Source of the DNA: Pyrobaculum aerophilum str. IM2
GTDB lineage: Archaea; Thermoproteota; Thermoprotei; Thermoproteales; Thermoproteaceae
Length of the DNA: 32,000 nt
NCBI RefSeq assembly: GCF_000007225.1
Contig: NC_003364.1
Span: forward strand, 660,001-692,000
Direction: 5' to 3'
This document shows, one piece after another, positions 25,022-32,000 of this stretch; position 1 is the stretch's first letter, and every line of letters starts with the position of its first letter. Below the pieces are notes generated by a model, which saw only the letters and a program-made list of their open reading frames with translations, was not told the DNA's origin and made no database searches. Both the position numbers and the translations under genes were made by a program.

Positions 25022-26163
25022 TTCCTCAGCTTGCCTGTTATTAAGAACTCCGCAGTGACGATTTTAAACACGAGGATTAGGGCCGCAACCGCTAGGGCCC
25101 AGTCCGTCAGCAAATAGAGAAAGACTTTGTCCCACTGACCTAACAACGCCGCAAATGCAGAGGCCAAGGGGTGTATAAAGGGATAAGCCTCCAGCCCCTG
25201 AACCGTGCCGAATATGGCGACTATGGATGGGAGCAAGAGGGGGAGGATCACCAACGCCGCTATGTTCTGTGCGGATTTTATGTCCTCGGCCTTAGTGGCA
25301 ATTAGAAAGGCAATTGCCAGAAGGAATATAGACAAGGCAAGCGTTGATATTACCACAGACGCCGCCACAGATGGGGTTACTGAAGAAGAGACGATAATAG
25401 TCGCCTGCCCAGGCGCTGTCGTGTGAGGTACTGCCTTAGAGATATTTAACATATATATCGCCAAGCCGATAGACAGCACTGCGAATTGAATCAGGGCGAG
25501 TATCAACGTGCTCAAGAGCTTCGCCGCTATTAACCCAGGAGCCGTGGCAGGCGTGGAGAGAATAAGCTCAAAAGTCCGCTTCTCCTTCTCCATGCCGACT
25601 GTAATTGCAGCGGTAGAGGCCAATAACAATGGCACAATAAACATGAAAATCCACGAGAACATGAACATGCCCATTATAGAGCTCACGTCTGAGGCCGTCA
25701 GCCTCCGCCCGTCTATATAAGCTATTAATACGGCGTCTACTAGCCGCGGGGGCAGGCCCATTTCAGAGGCCAGCTTCGCCGACGCCGCGTCTAAAACAGG
25801 CGGCGGCGCGAGGGAGAAAAGCCCCCTGTACCGGGCGTATACTTCAACCGTTGCGGGCAGGGAGAAATTCCTAGGCACCACTACCACAAAACTGTAGGCG
25901 TCTAACAGACGCTCTGTGAAATTGCCATATACGTCGCCGCCGAGCCTCTTTAAAATCTCCACGTACTTCTCGCCAAGCTCCGTGGTTCCGTTCACAACCA
26001 CTGCGAACTTCTGCGTGCCGCCTTGCTCGAATTGTAGAGCTGTGCCGAACACCGCGCCCAGCGCAATAAGAGTCACTAACCCGCCTGCCAAGGAGGCTAT
26101 GAAAAACCGCGAAGTAAGCACTTCCCTCAGATCTTTGAGGACGATGGCCGTGAAGGCGGCCAT
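25018..26163 (-). CDS. ABC-2 type transporter permease
   Basis: 381 aa with an N-terminal TM helix, a large extracytoplasmic loop and then 5 TM helices, the typical ABC-2/NatB-like topology. The gene lies upstream of, and is coupled to, the ATPase gene. Confidence 0.8.
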   Translation of the reverse strand: MAAFTAIVLKDLREVLTSRFFIASLAGGLVTLIALGAVFGTALQFEQGGTQKFAVVVNGTTELGEKYVEILKRLGGDVYGNFTERLLDAYSFVVVVPRNFSLPATVEVYARYRGLFSLAPPPVLDAASAKLASEMGLPPRLVDAVLIAYIDGRRLTASDVSSIMGMFMFSWIFMFIVPLLLASTAAITVGMEKEKRTFELILSTPATAPGLIAAKLLSTLILALIQFAVLSIGLAIYMLNISKAVPHTTAPGQATIIVSSSVTPSVAASVVISTLALSIFLLAIAFLIATKAEDIKSAQNIAALVILPLLLPSIVAIFGTVQGLEAYPFIHPLASAFAALLGQWDKVFLYLLTDWALAVAALILVFKIVTAEFLITGKLRK

Positions 26164-26192
26164 AGCTTTTAAAGACGTCTTAAATAAAACTT

Positions 26193-27320
26193 GTGGCTTA
26201 CTTCATATATTCGCCCATTCACGGAGAGGATTTCGTCAATGACGTGAGAAGCTCGGTGGCCTCTGTAGTAGGGGAGTTGAAAGAGGCAGGGGAGTGCGGG
26301 CCCAGCTTCCCTCTGATTGTCCACGCCACTGGTGGGACTACTGCAATTGCCCTCGAGCTGGTGGAGAGGTGTAAGGCCAGAGGCGCCGTGTTAGTGGGCT
26401 TTGGGGAGCACAACAGTTTTGCAAGCGCCTTGCACACAAAGGCTGAGCTCGAGGCGCGCGGACTGCCGGCTGTGGCGTTTCACTGCCCCTCTTATAGAAA
26501 CTGCAGAGAGGAGCTAACCAAGGCGAGGAGAGTGGCAAATACGGCGTCGTCGTTAGTGGGGGCAAAGGCCGTGCTAATAGGAGTGGAGACAGCACAAGCC
26601 AGAACCCTAAGGGAGAGATTCGGCTGGTCTATTAAAGTCGTCCCCTTAGAGGAGTTCGAAAAACTAGTCGACTCCTCTCAGGGCGACCGGGAGGCCTTGG
26701 CGCTATTCGGCGACGAGAGAGTGGCGAAAATCGCCGCTGCCCTCTCTCAATACGCCGCGGGGGCGGATGTAGTGGCCATTCAGTGCTTCCCCTTTTTAAT
26801 GAAAAGGAGGTATACCCCCTGTCTGTCAATCGCAGTCCTCAACTCCAGGGGCGCGACAGTGGCGTGCGAGGGAGATCTAGCCTCGGGGTTCCTCATGCTA
26901 ATGGCGAGGGGGCTTGCTGGCAGCAGCGGGTGGATTGCCAATGTGGTTAAATACACAGGGGCAGAGGGGGTCTTTGCCCACTGCACAATCTCCCTTGACA
27001 TGGCAAAGAGCTGGAGAGTTACAACGCATTTCGAGTCGGGCTTCCCCTACGGGCTTGCCGCTGAGTTAAAAGAGCGGGTCTACACAGTAGTTTCTATAAG
27101 CCCGAGGCTTGACAGAGCGGCTTTGGGGAGGGTTGAAGTGATTAAAAGCGGCAATTACCTCCAAGACGCGTGCCGTACCCAGGCCTCTGTGAAGTTTAAC
27201 AGGCCTGTAAGGCTTGAGGCAGAGGCCCCCGCCAACCACCACGTGTTTATCCCGGGGGACGTGGTTGAGGAGGCTGGGGCTGTGTTTAAACTCCTCTCTA
27301 TTCCAGCGGTATTGTATTAA
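26193..27320 (+). CDS. Sugar isomerase-like protein (AraA/FucI superfamily, COG2407-like)
   Basis: 375 aa. VACEGDLASGFLMLM resembles the metal-binding xEGD segment of L-arabinose/L-fucose isomerases, and APANHHVFIPGD resembles their C-terminal HH motif. GTG start. The family call is tentative. Confidence 0.55.
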   Translation: MAYFIYSPIHGEDFVNDVRSSVASVVGELKEAGECGPSFPLIVHATGGTTAIALELVERCKARGAVLVGFGEHNSFASALHTKAELEARGLPAVAFHCPSYRNCREELTKARRVANTASSLVGAKAVLIGVETAQARTLRERFGWSIKVVPLEEFEKLVDSSQGDREALALFGDERVAKIAAALSQYAAGADVVAIQCFPFLMKRRYTPCLSIAVLNSRGATVACEGDLASGFLMLMARGLAGSSGWIANVVKYTGAEGVFAHCTISLDMAKSWRVTTHFESGFPYGLAAELKERVYTVVSISPRLDRAALGRVEVIKSGNYLQDACRTQASVKFNRPVRLEAEAPANHHVFIPGDVVEEAGAVFKLLSIPAVLY

Positions 27321-27341
27321 AAACTGTCCGTCTTACCGTAT

Positions 27342-28247
27342 ATGGAACTGTACGTAAATTTTGAACTCCCGCCAGAGGCAGAGGAGGAGTTGAGGAAGTA
27401 TTTCAAAATTGTCAGGGGAGGCGATTTGGGCAACGTAGAGGCGGCATTAGTGAGCAGAATTACGGCGGAGGAGTTGGCGAAAATGCCGAGGCTTAAGTTT
27501 ATACAAGTCGTCACGGCCGGGCTCGACCACCTCCCTTGGGAGAGCATTCCGCCCCACGTTACCGTGGCCGGAAACGCCGGCTCAAACGCAGACGCAGTGG
27601 CCGAGTTCGCCCTCGCGCTCTTACTAGCGCCTTACAAACGGATTATTCAATACGGCGAGAAAATGAAGAGAGGGGATTACGGGCGGGATGTCGAAATACC
27701 GCTTATCCAAGGGGAGAAAGTGGCCGTATTGGGCTTGGGAGAAATCGGCACGAGAGTGGGGAAAATCCTGGCGGCCCTCGGGGCTCAGGTCAGGGGCTTT
27801 TCCAGGACGCCCAAGGAGGGGCCGTGGCGGTTTACAAACAGCCTTGAGGAGGCCCTCCGGGAGGCCAGGGCGGCTGTATGCGCCCTCCCGCTCAATAAAC
27901 ACACCAGGGGGTTGGTAAAATACCAACACTTGGCCTTAATGGCGGAAGACGCCGTGTTTGTCAACGTGGGCAGGGCCGAGGTGTTAGACAGAGACGGGGT
28001 GTTGAGGATTTTGAAGGAAAGGCCGCAGTTTATCTTCGCCAGCGACGTCTGGTGGGGCAGAAACGACTTCGCAAAAGACGCCGAGTTCTTCTCATTGCCC
28101 AACGTAGTGGCAACGCCGTGGGTGGCGGGAGGGTATGGTAATGAGAGAGTGTGGCGTCAGATGGTCATGGAGGCTGTGAGGAATTTAATTACGTACGCCA
28201 CGGGCGGGCGGCCCCGCAATATAGCCAAGAGAGAAGATTATATATAA
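27342..28247 (+). CDS. D-isomer-specific 2-hydroxyacid dehydrogenase (glyoxylate/hydroxypyruvate reductase-like)
   Basis: NAD-binding motif VAVLGLGEIGTRVGKIL and the catalytic region FVNVGRAEVLD ... are present, with the overall length expected for the family. Confidence 0.85.
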   Translation: MELYVNFELPPEAEEELRKYFKIVRGGDLGNVEAALVSRITAEELAKMPRLKFIQVVTAGLDHLPWESIPPHVTVAGNAGSNADAVAEFALALLLAPYKRIIQYGEKMKRGDYGRDVEIPLIQGEKVAVLGLGEIGTRVGKILAALGAQVRGFSRTPKEGPWRFTNSLEEALREARAAVCALPLNKHTRGLVKYQHLALMAEDAVFVNVGRAEVLDRDGVLRILKERPQFIFASDVWWGRNDFAKDAEFFSLPNVVATPWVAGGYGNERVWRQMVMEAVRNLITYATGGRPRNIAKREDYI

Positions 28248-28262
28248 CAATTAGGTAGAGAC

Positions 28263-28592
28263 ATGAGCAAGGAAGTTATCTACTATATGCTACACTCACA
28301 GGTAATCCGAATACTTGAAAGCCTGGGCGCCCACAAGCTGGCGCTCGAGGTGGAAAGGGCAGGCATGGGGCATGAAATATACGACTATTTAGACAGGGCC
28401 TTCTCGCTCTACTATGCAGAATACGGCGGGGTCAACTGCCGGTGGCTAAAACAGGCAATTGAAAACAACTGGGACAAAGTAGTGGGCACTGTTCTCCCGG
28501 GCCTATTACGCCAGTATTTAGCGGCACACGGGGAGAGGGGCGACGCACGGCGCTACAAGACAAGCGAAGTTAAGGGCGTCGTCGTTAAGTAA
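28263..28592 (+). CDS. Hypothetical alpha-helical protein
   Basis: 109 aa starting at an ATG, followed by a T7 run (28598-28604). I recognised no family. Confidence 0.5.
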   Translation: MSKEVIYYMLHSQVIRILESLGAHKLALEVERAGMGHEIYDYLDRAFSLYYAEYGGVNCRWLKQAIENNWDKVVGTVLPGLLRQYLAAHGERGDARRYKTSEVKGVVVK

Positions 28593-28640
28593 CTTACTTT
28601 TTTTGGGAAAGAGTTATATGGTAGAGTTGTTCTGAGCCTC

Positions 28641-28883
28641 ATGGAGCCGGATGTGTCCAGCGCCATGTTGCGTAGAGTAGAGGAGTTACAACGCCTTGCC
28701 GATAGTATTGCAGAGCACCACCCCTACTGGCCAACGCTTCACTTCACGCTCCAGTTGCTCAGAACAATAGTGGAGAATTGGAACAGGGACTTCACAAAGG
28801 AGGAACACGAGGAGTTAATGTGGGTGGCGGAGAAGATTGTCGAGAGCGTGAAGAGAATTCAGCCCCGCGGAACTGAAAAGTAA
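28641..28883 (+). CDS. Hypothetical alpha-helical protein
   Basis: 80 aa starting at an ATG, with TATA-like GAGTTATATGG about 25 nt upstream. I recognised no family. Confidence 0.45.
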   Translation: MEPDVSSAMLRRVEELQRLADSIAEHHPYWPTLHFTLQLLRTIVENWNRDFTKEEHEELMWVAEKIVESVKRIQPRGTEK

Positions 28884-28943
28884 AGGGCGTGATAAGAGCG
28901 TCTCCGCATATTGAAATGCTGATAAAAAAGGTAAAAACTATCT

Positions 28944-29147
28944 CTAAGCGCCTTGACCTGTGTTCTGTGACCGCTCTCCCCGCGGCCTACTTTCCCTCCA
29001 CTTGTCAATGGCGTCTTTTAGGGCCTTAAAGCGACGTAAGGCGTCTAGCTGGTCGGCGAGGAGATACACTTGACCCCTCTTCGCCTTTCCTGTCAGCGTT
29101 CTCAACACGGCGGCCTCAACGTCGTCTTTAACCGTTGGCCATGCCAT
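28944..29147 (-). CDS. Small ORF in frame with, and directly downstream of, the PaREP2-like gene (possible severed C-terminus)
   Basis: It is in the same frame as ORF 29199-31913. The 17 codons between TGA 29199-29201 and ATG 29145-29147 contain no stop. Confidence 0.4.
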   Translation of the reverse strand: MAWPTVKDDVEAAVLRTLTGKAKRGQVYLLADQLDALRRFKALKDAIDKWRESRPRGERSQNTGQGA

Positions 29148-29198
29148 TTCGTAATAGTACGTGACAGTTGTCTCGCCCTTCTTGACTTGTTTCTTAAC

Positions 29199-32000
29199 TC
29201 AGTGCCACTCTATCTTTAGTTGCCTCCTCCCTCCCTCTACCTCGTACTCCACAATAATGCGCAGGCAGCAGTCCTCCCCAGCACACTGGCTTACTGGCTG
29301 GTCGCCCCTTACAAACTCGTACTTCAAGTCCACAACGCGGGCGATTAAGTTGCCCTTGTCGTCGCGCACTGCTAGTGGTAGCTCCGCCGTTCTCTCCACC
29401 TTTGCAGGCGTCAGAACCTCTATCAGCTTGTTGACAGCGTTTTGGCCGTATCTGCGCCTTAACACGTCCTCCAATTCCCTTATAAAGCGTTCTGCCTCCA
29501 AGTCGCCGCTCAGCGCCATGCGCTGAATCTCCCTAAGGCCGTCGTAAGTGATGCGAATTTCGTATTGTTCGCTACCCCTTACTGTGAAGTCCTTGCCCTC
29601 CTCCAGCCCTGCCCCCTTCAAGGCGTTTATGACGGCGTCTTTGTGATCTTTTTTGACGTGAATTACGCGCCTTTTGCCGTAAACAGCGTAGTGCTCGCCC
29701 TCCTTCAGCCCGACCTGCGCCAAAGCCTCAACGGCCTTGGCGTATGCCTCTTTTGTAATACGGATTTCGTAACGCCCAGCACCCACTGTATTAACAGTAT
29801 AGTGTACTCCCTCCTTCAGACCCCTCGCCTTTAAGGCGTTTACGGCGGCGTTTTTAGAATCTTCATTGCGCGGTTGATATCTTACCAACACTTTATTGTC
29901 ATAATTAACCGAGAACTTTATTCTGGCGAATTTGACGGCATTTGGACCGGCCTCTATGTCCCTAACCAGCTGTTTGTACCTCTCCTCGCCGATCAGCCCC
30001 TTGCTGTAGAGCTCGTCGACGAAGCTCTTCACTGCGTTCAGCCAGCCGTTGTTGCGGATGGCGATAATGCCGTCGGTGTAGAGCTGGACTTTCCATCCGG
30101 TCCCCTCTACGTATTTAACCTCCGCCTCGCCACCAAGGGCCCTAATGATAGAGGCTAACTGTTGGGCATTTTCGCGGGAGCCGCCGAATTGGGCATAAAG
30201 CTCATCGCCTCTCCAATACACGGTTATGTACGTCGCCTCCTTTCCACCAAGCTTAAAGCGAATTATGGCCTTTGGCCACTGACCGCTTGTGTCTAACGGC
30301 CCCCTCTCCACTGTGACGTTTCTATAGATGTAGTCTTCAACTATTGTGACAACTTCCTCTAGCTTTTTGAAAAACATTTCGTTCTTCATGTCATACGCCC
30401 AGTTAATGTCGAATTTCCTTTTGACCAACTCACGCGTAACAACTTCAAAAGCGTCGGCGAATTCTGCCAGGGCGTCCCTCAGCCCGTACAGCGTGGGTAA
30501 CGCTGGGACAAGCGCCTTCAGTAGCTCGTTCAGCCCGTTGCCTCCGAAGACAATATGGCGAGCATTTGTGCTTCTACGCACTGAGCTTGGCTTAAAGCCG
30601 AGCTCCCTCAGCGCCCAGAGCCAGAACACAGTGAAGTGATCGCGAGTCATAAGGGGCTTCTCCTCTTGCTCGGGACCGCCAACGATAAGTCGGATTTCGC
30701 CTCTATATACAGCCCCGTCGTACAGCATGGCGAAAATCACCGCAAGGGCCGCCTCCTCTCTCGGTAACTCACCCCTCTTGTACGCCTCCACGGCATATGC
30801 TAGCGGGAGGAGGACGCGTAGGTACTTGCCCAGCCTGTCCACGGCCTCTTTATCGCCGTTTTTCTCAGCCTCACTCCACCGCGTTAACAGCTCTTCAACG
30901 CGGCTCCAGAACTCGCCAGCGGCGGCCTCCAAGGCGACCTTTAATTCATTACTCATTTTAACATCAGCCAGGGCCGTCCTTAGATCAACGTTTATTTTAA
31001 CGTCAGCTGGCGTTGCCTTCAGATCAACGCCGCCTTCTGACTGCTGGTTAAGTGCTGTGTTCTTTAGCTTTTCAAGCGCGGCGCGGCCTACACTCAGCAC
31101 CTCGCGCACCGTCTCAGTGTACTTGCCATCAACGCGCCATGCTGGCTTCAGTCCCTCCTCGGAGGGGTATACTCTTTCGAGGCTTATCTTGCCCTTAGCC
31201 AGCGCCCGGTAGGTAAAAGCTTGTGACAGGTAAGTGGAAGAGCAACGAACGAACTTACGTCCATGTAATAGAGTGACGTCAGTAGGCAATGCGCTAATCA
31301 CAATTATCTTTTTTATTATACTTACTGTTTCTATCATTTTCTTCCACCTCTTCTCGTCCAATTCAGCTAGCAGTTGAGAGCCAGAAGAAACAGCCTCTAA
31401 CAAACTATACACTTCCTTTATCTGTTTTATTATCTCTCCCTCAACCCTAAGTGGCGTCAACCATTTGCCAGCTTTACAAGTTGTCTTAAGGAGATTGTGG
31501 CCTTCTTTGTCTACAAACGTGATATAGATGTACTTTTTATTGTTTTCTTCTTTCTTCTCCATATGCATTTCTACGTTTTGTCGTTTGGTTAGTTCTGTTT
31601 TGATAAATGGATCTGAGAACAAAGAGATGATGTGGAGAACTAATTTGCGGTTCTCAGACGGCTTCTCCCTACCGATTAACTTGAACATATTATAGAAGCT
31701 CCTCGGTGCGTTCCTGAGGGCTGAGACGATGCTTAGGATGCTGGTCGTCCGTCCGCCCCTCTCCGCCAGCGCCCTCTCCACAGTGACGCCGAATAGGCCG
31801 CCAGTTACAAGCGATAGCAGAGCGGCCACTGCCCTCTCTCCTCTAGTGGCGTCTATGTTGGAAAGGTCGTCATGTGTTGCTTCCAACAGTGCTGTTACAT
31901 TTTCCGTAGTCACTTTTAGCCTTTCGGCAATACCGCTGACTCCGGCATCCTCCAGCTTGTATGAAATTGTGTTGAACTCTTTGGCAATTTCTTCCGCTCT
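29199..32000 (-). CDS. Very large PaREP2-type (PaRep2b-like) repeat-family protein, 5' end off the right edge
   Basis: The frame stays open from 31914 to the window edge (29 further codons, no stop), so the GTG at 31913 is probably not the true start. The product is over 930 aa. The region ITVYWRGDELYAQFGGSRENAQQLASIIRALGG and the repeated ALKxxGLxEG modules match my recollection of Pyrobaculum PaREP2b proteins. Confidence 0.7.
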   Translation of the reverse strand, partial: RAEEIAKEFNTISYKLEDAGVSGIAERLKVTTENVTALLEATHDDLSNIDATRGERAVAALLSLVTGGLFGVTVERALAERGGRTTSILSIVSALRNAPRSFYNMFKLIGREKPSENRKLVLHIISLFSDPFIKTELTKRQNVEMHMEKKEENNKKYIYITFVDKEGHNLLKTTCKAGKWLTPLRVEGEIIKQIKEVYSLLEAVSSGSQLLAELDEKRWKKMIETVSIIKKIIVISALPTDVTLLHGRKFVRCSSTYLSQAFTYRALAKGKISLERVYPSEEGLKPAWRVDGKYTETVREVLSVGRAALEKLKNTALNQQSEGGVDLKATPADVKINVDLRTALADVKMSNELKVALEAAAGEFWSRVEELLTRWSEAEKNGDKEAVDRLGKYLRVLLPLAYAVEAYKRGELPREEAALAVIFAMLYDGAVYRGEIRLIVGGPEQEEKPLMTRDHFTVFWLWALRELGFKPSSVRRSTNARHIVFGGNGLNELLKALVPALPTLYGLRDALAEFADAFEVVTRELVKRKFDINWAYDMKNEMFFKKLEEVVTIVEDYIYRNVTVERGPLDTSGQWPKAIIRFKLGGKEATYITVYWRGDELYAQFGGSRENAQQLASIIRALGGEAEVKYVEGTGWKVQLYTDGIIAIRNNGWLNAVKSFVDELYSKGLIGEERYKQLVRDIEAGPNAVKFARIKFSVNYDNKVLVRYQPRNEDSKNAAVNALKARGLKEGVHYTVNTVGAGRYEIRITKEAYAKAVEALAQVGLKEGEHYAVYGKRRVIHVKKDHKDAVINALKGAGLEEGKDFTVRGSEQYEIRITYDGLREIQRMALSGDLEAERFIRELEDVLRRRYGQNAVNKLIEVLTPAKVERTAELPLAVRDDKGNLIARVVDLKYEFVRGDQPVSQCAGEDCCLRIIVEYEVEGGRRQLKIEWH
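29547..29849 (-). repeat. Three tandem 33-38 aa modules inside the PaREP2-like ORF
   Basis: AAVNALKARGLKEGVHYTV...YEIRIT / AVEALAQVGLKEGEHYAV...VIHVKK / AVINALKGAGLEEGKDFTV...YEIRIT. The period is about 105-115 nt and is also visible at the DNA level (CTCCTTCAG...GGCGTTTA). Confidence 0.75.

Noticed and set aside
28263-28883. ORFs 28263-28592 and 28641-28883 are in the same frame, separated by one TAA and 16 stop-free codons, so a split or read-through gene was considered.
   Set aside because: The gap contains a T7 run (terminator-like) and a TATA-like element at leaderless distance from ATG 28641. Two separate small genes are the simpler reading, and the same-frame arrangement is plausibly chance.
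29199-29201. The TGA in the PaREP2-like gene read as selenocysteine.
   Set aside because: Crenarchaeota are not known to use Sec, and I saw no SECIS-like context. A nonsense mutation or simple termination is more likely.
29161-31212. A series of plus-strand ORFs (29161-29526, 29565-29834, 29874-30158, 30346-30639, 30727-31212) opposite the PaREP2-like gene.
   Set aside because: All are antisense to one continuous 900+ codon frame, and their translations are Ser/Ala/Leu-rich.
1-32000. A search by eye for CRISPR arrays, rRNA genes, transposases or integrases, and additional tRNAs (T-loop GTTCRAATC on both strands).
   Set aside because: I found no regularly spaced repeats, no rRNA-like segments, no DDE/tyrosine-recombinase-like ORFs and no second T-arm motif with complementary flanks.

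Overview
This 32-kb chromosomal segment comes from a hyperthermophilic crenarchaeon, most likely a Pyrobaculum-type member of the Thermoproteales. Supporting signs are PaREP1- and PaREP2-like genes, a tRNA with an intron at a non-canonical position, TATA boxes about 25 nt upstream of start codons (leaderless genes), ATGA stop/start overlaps, and roughly 55% GC with many spurious antisense ORFs. About 40 protein genes are tightly packed on both strands. Housekeeping genes include A/V-ATPase subunit B, diphthine synthase, TruA, futalosine-type menaquinone genes, an aldo-keto reductase, an SQR-like flavoprotein, two dehydrogenases and an ABC-2 exporter. Accessory genes include a 5'-truncated divergent family B DNA polymerase coupled to a small wHTH gene, a decayed PaREP1 gene, a COG1672-type ATPase, a KaiC-like ATPase + HEPN + MNT operon, MazG-, MTH1187- and FHA-type small proteins, and a giant PaREP2-like ORF that runs off the right edge. 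RNA features are one tRNA (anticodon CAT, intron-containing), one candidate C/D box sRNA, and two ORF-free GC-rich gaps that look like structured RNA. I saw no rRNA, CRISPR array, transposase or integrase. The best leads are: (1) the KaiC-HEPN-MNT triad, joined by overlapping codons; (2) two conserved genes (rhomboid protease, ABC ATPase), each broken by loss of one base in a G5/C5 run; (3) the PaREP2-like gene, which has an in-frame TGA followed by 85 more open codons, tandem 33-38 aa modules and an internal AT-rich island; (4) a roughly 300-nt promoter-to-oligo-T GC-rich region at 9.4-9.7 kb. All functional calls come from motif recognition by eye, and no searches were run.
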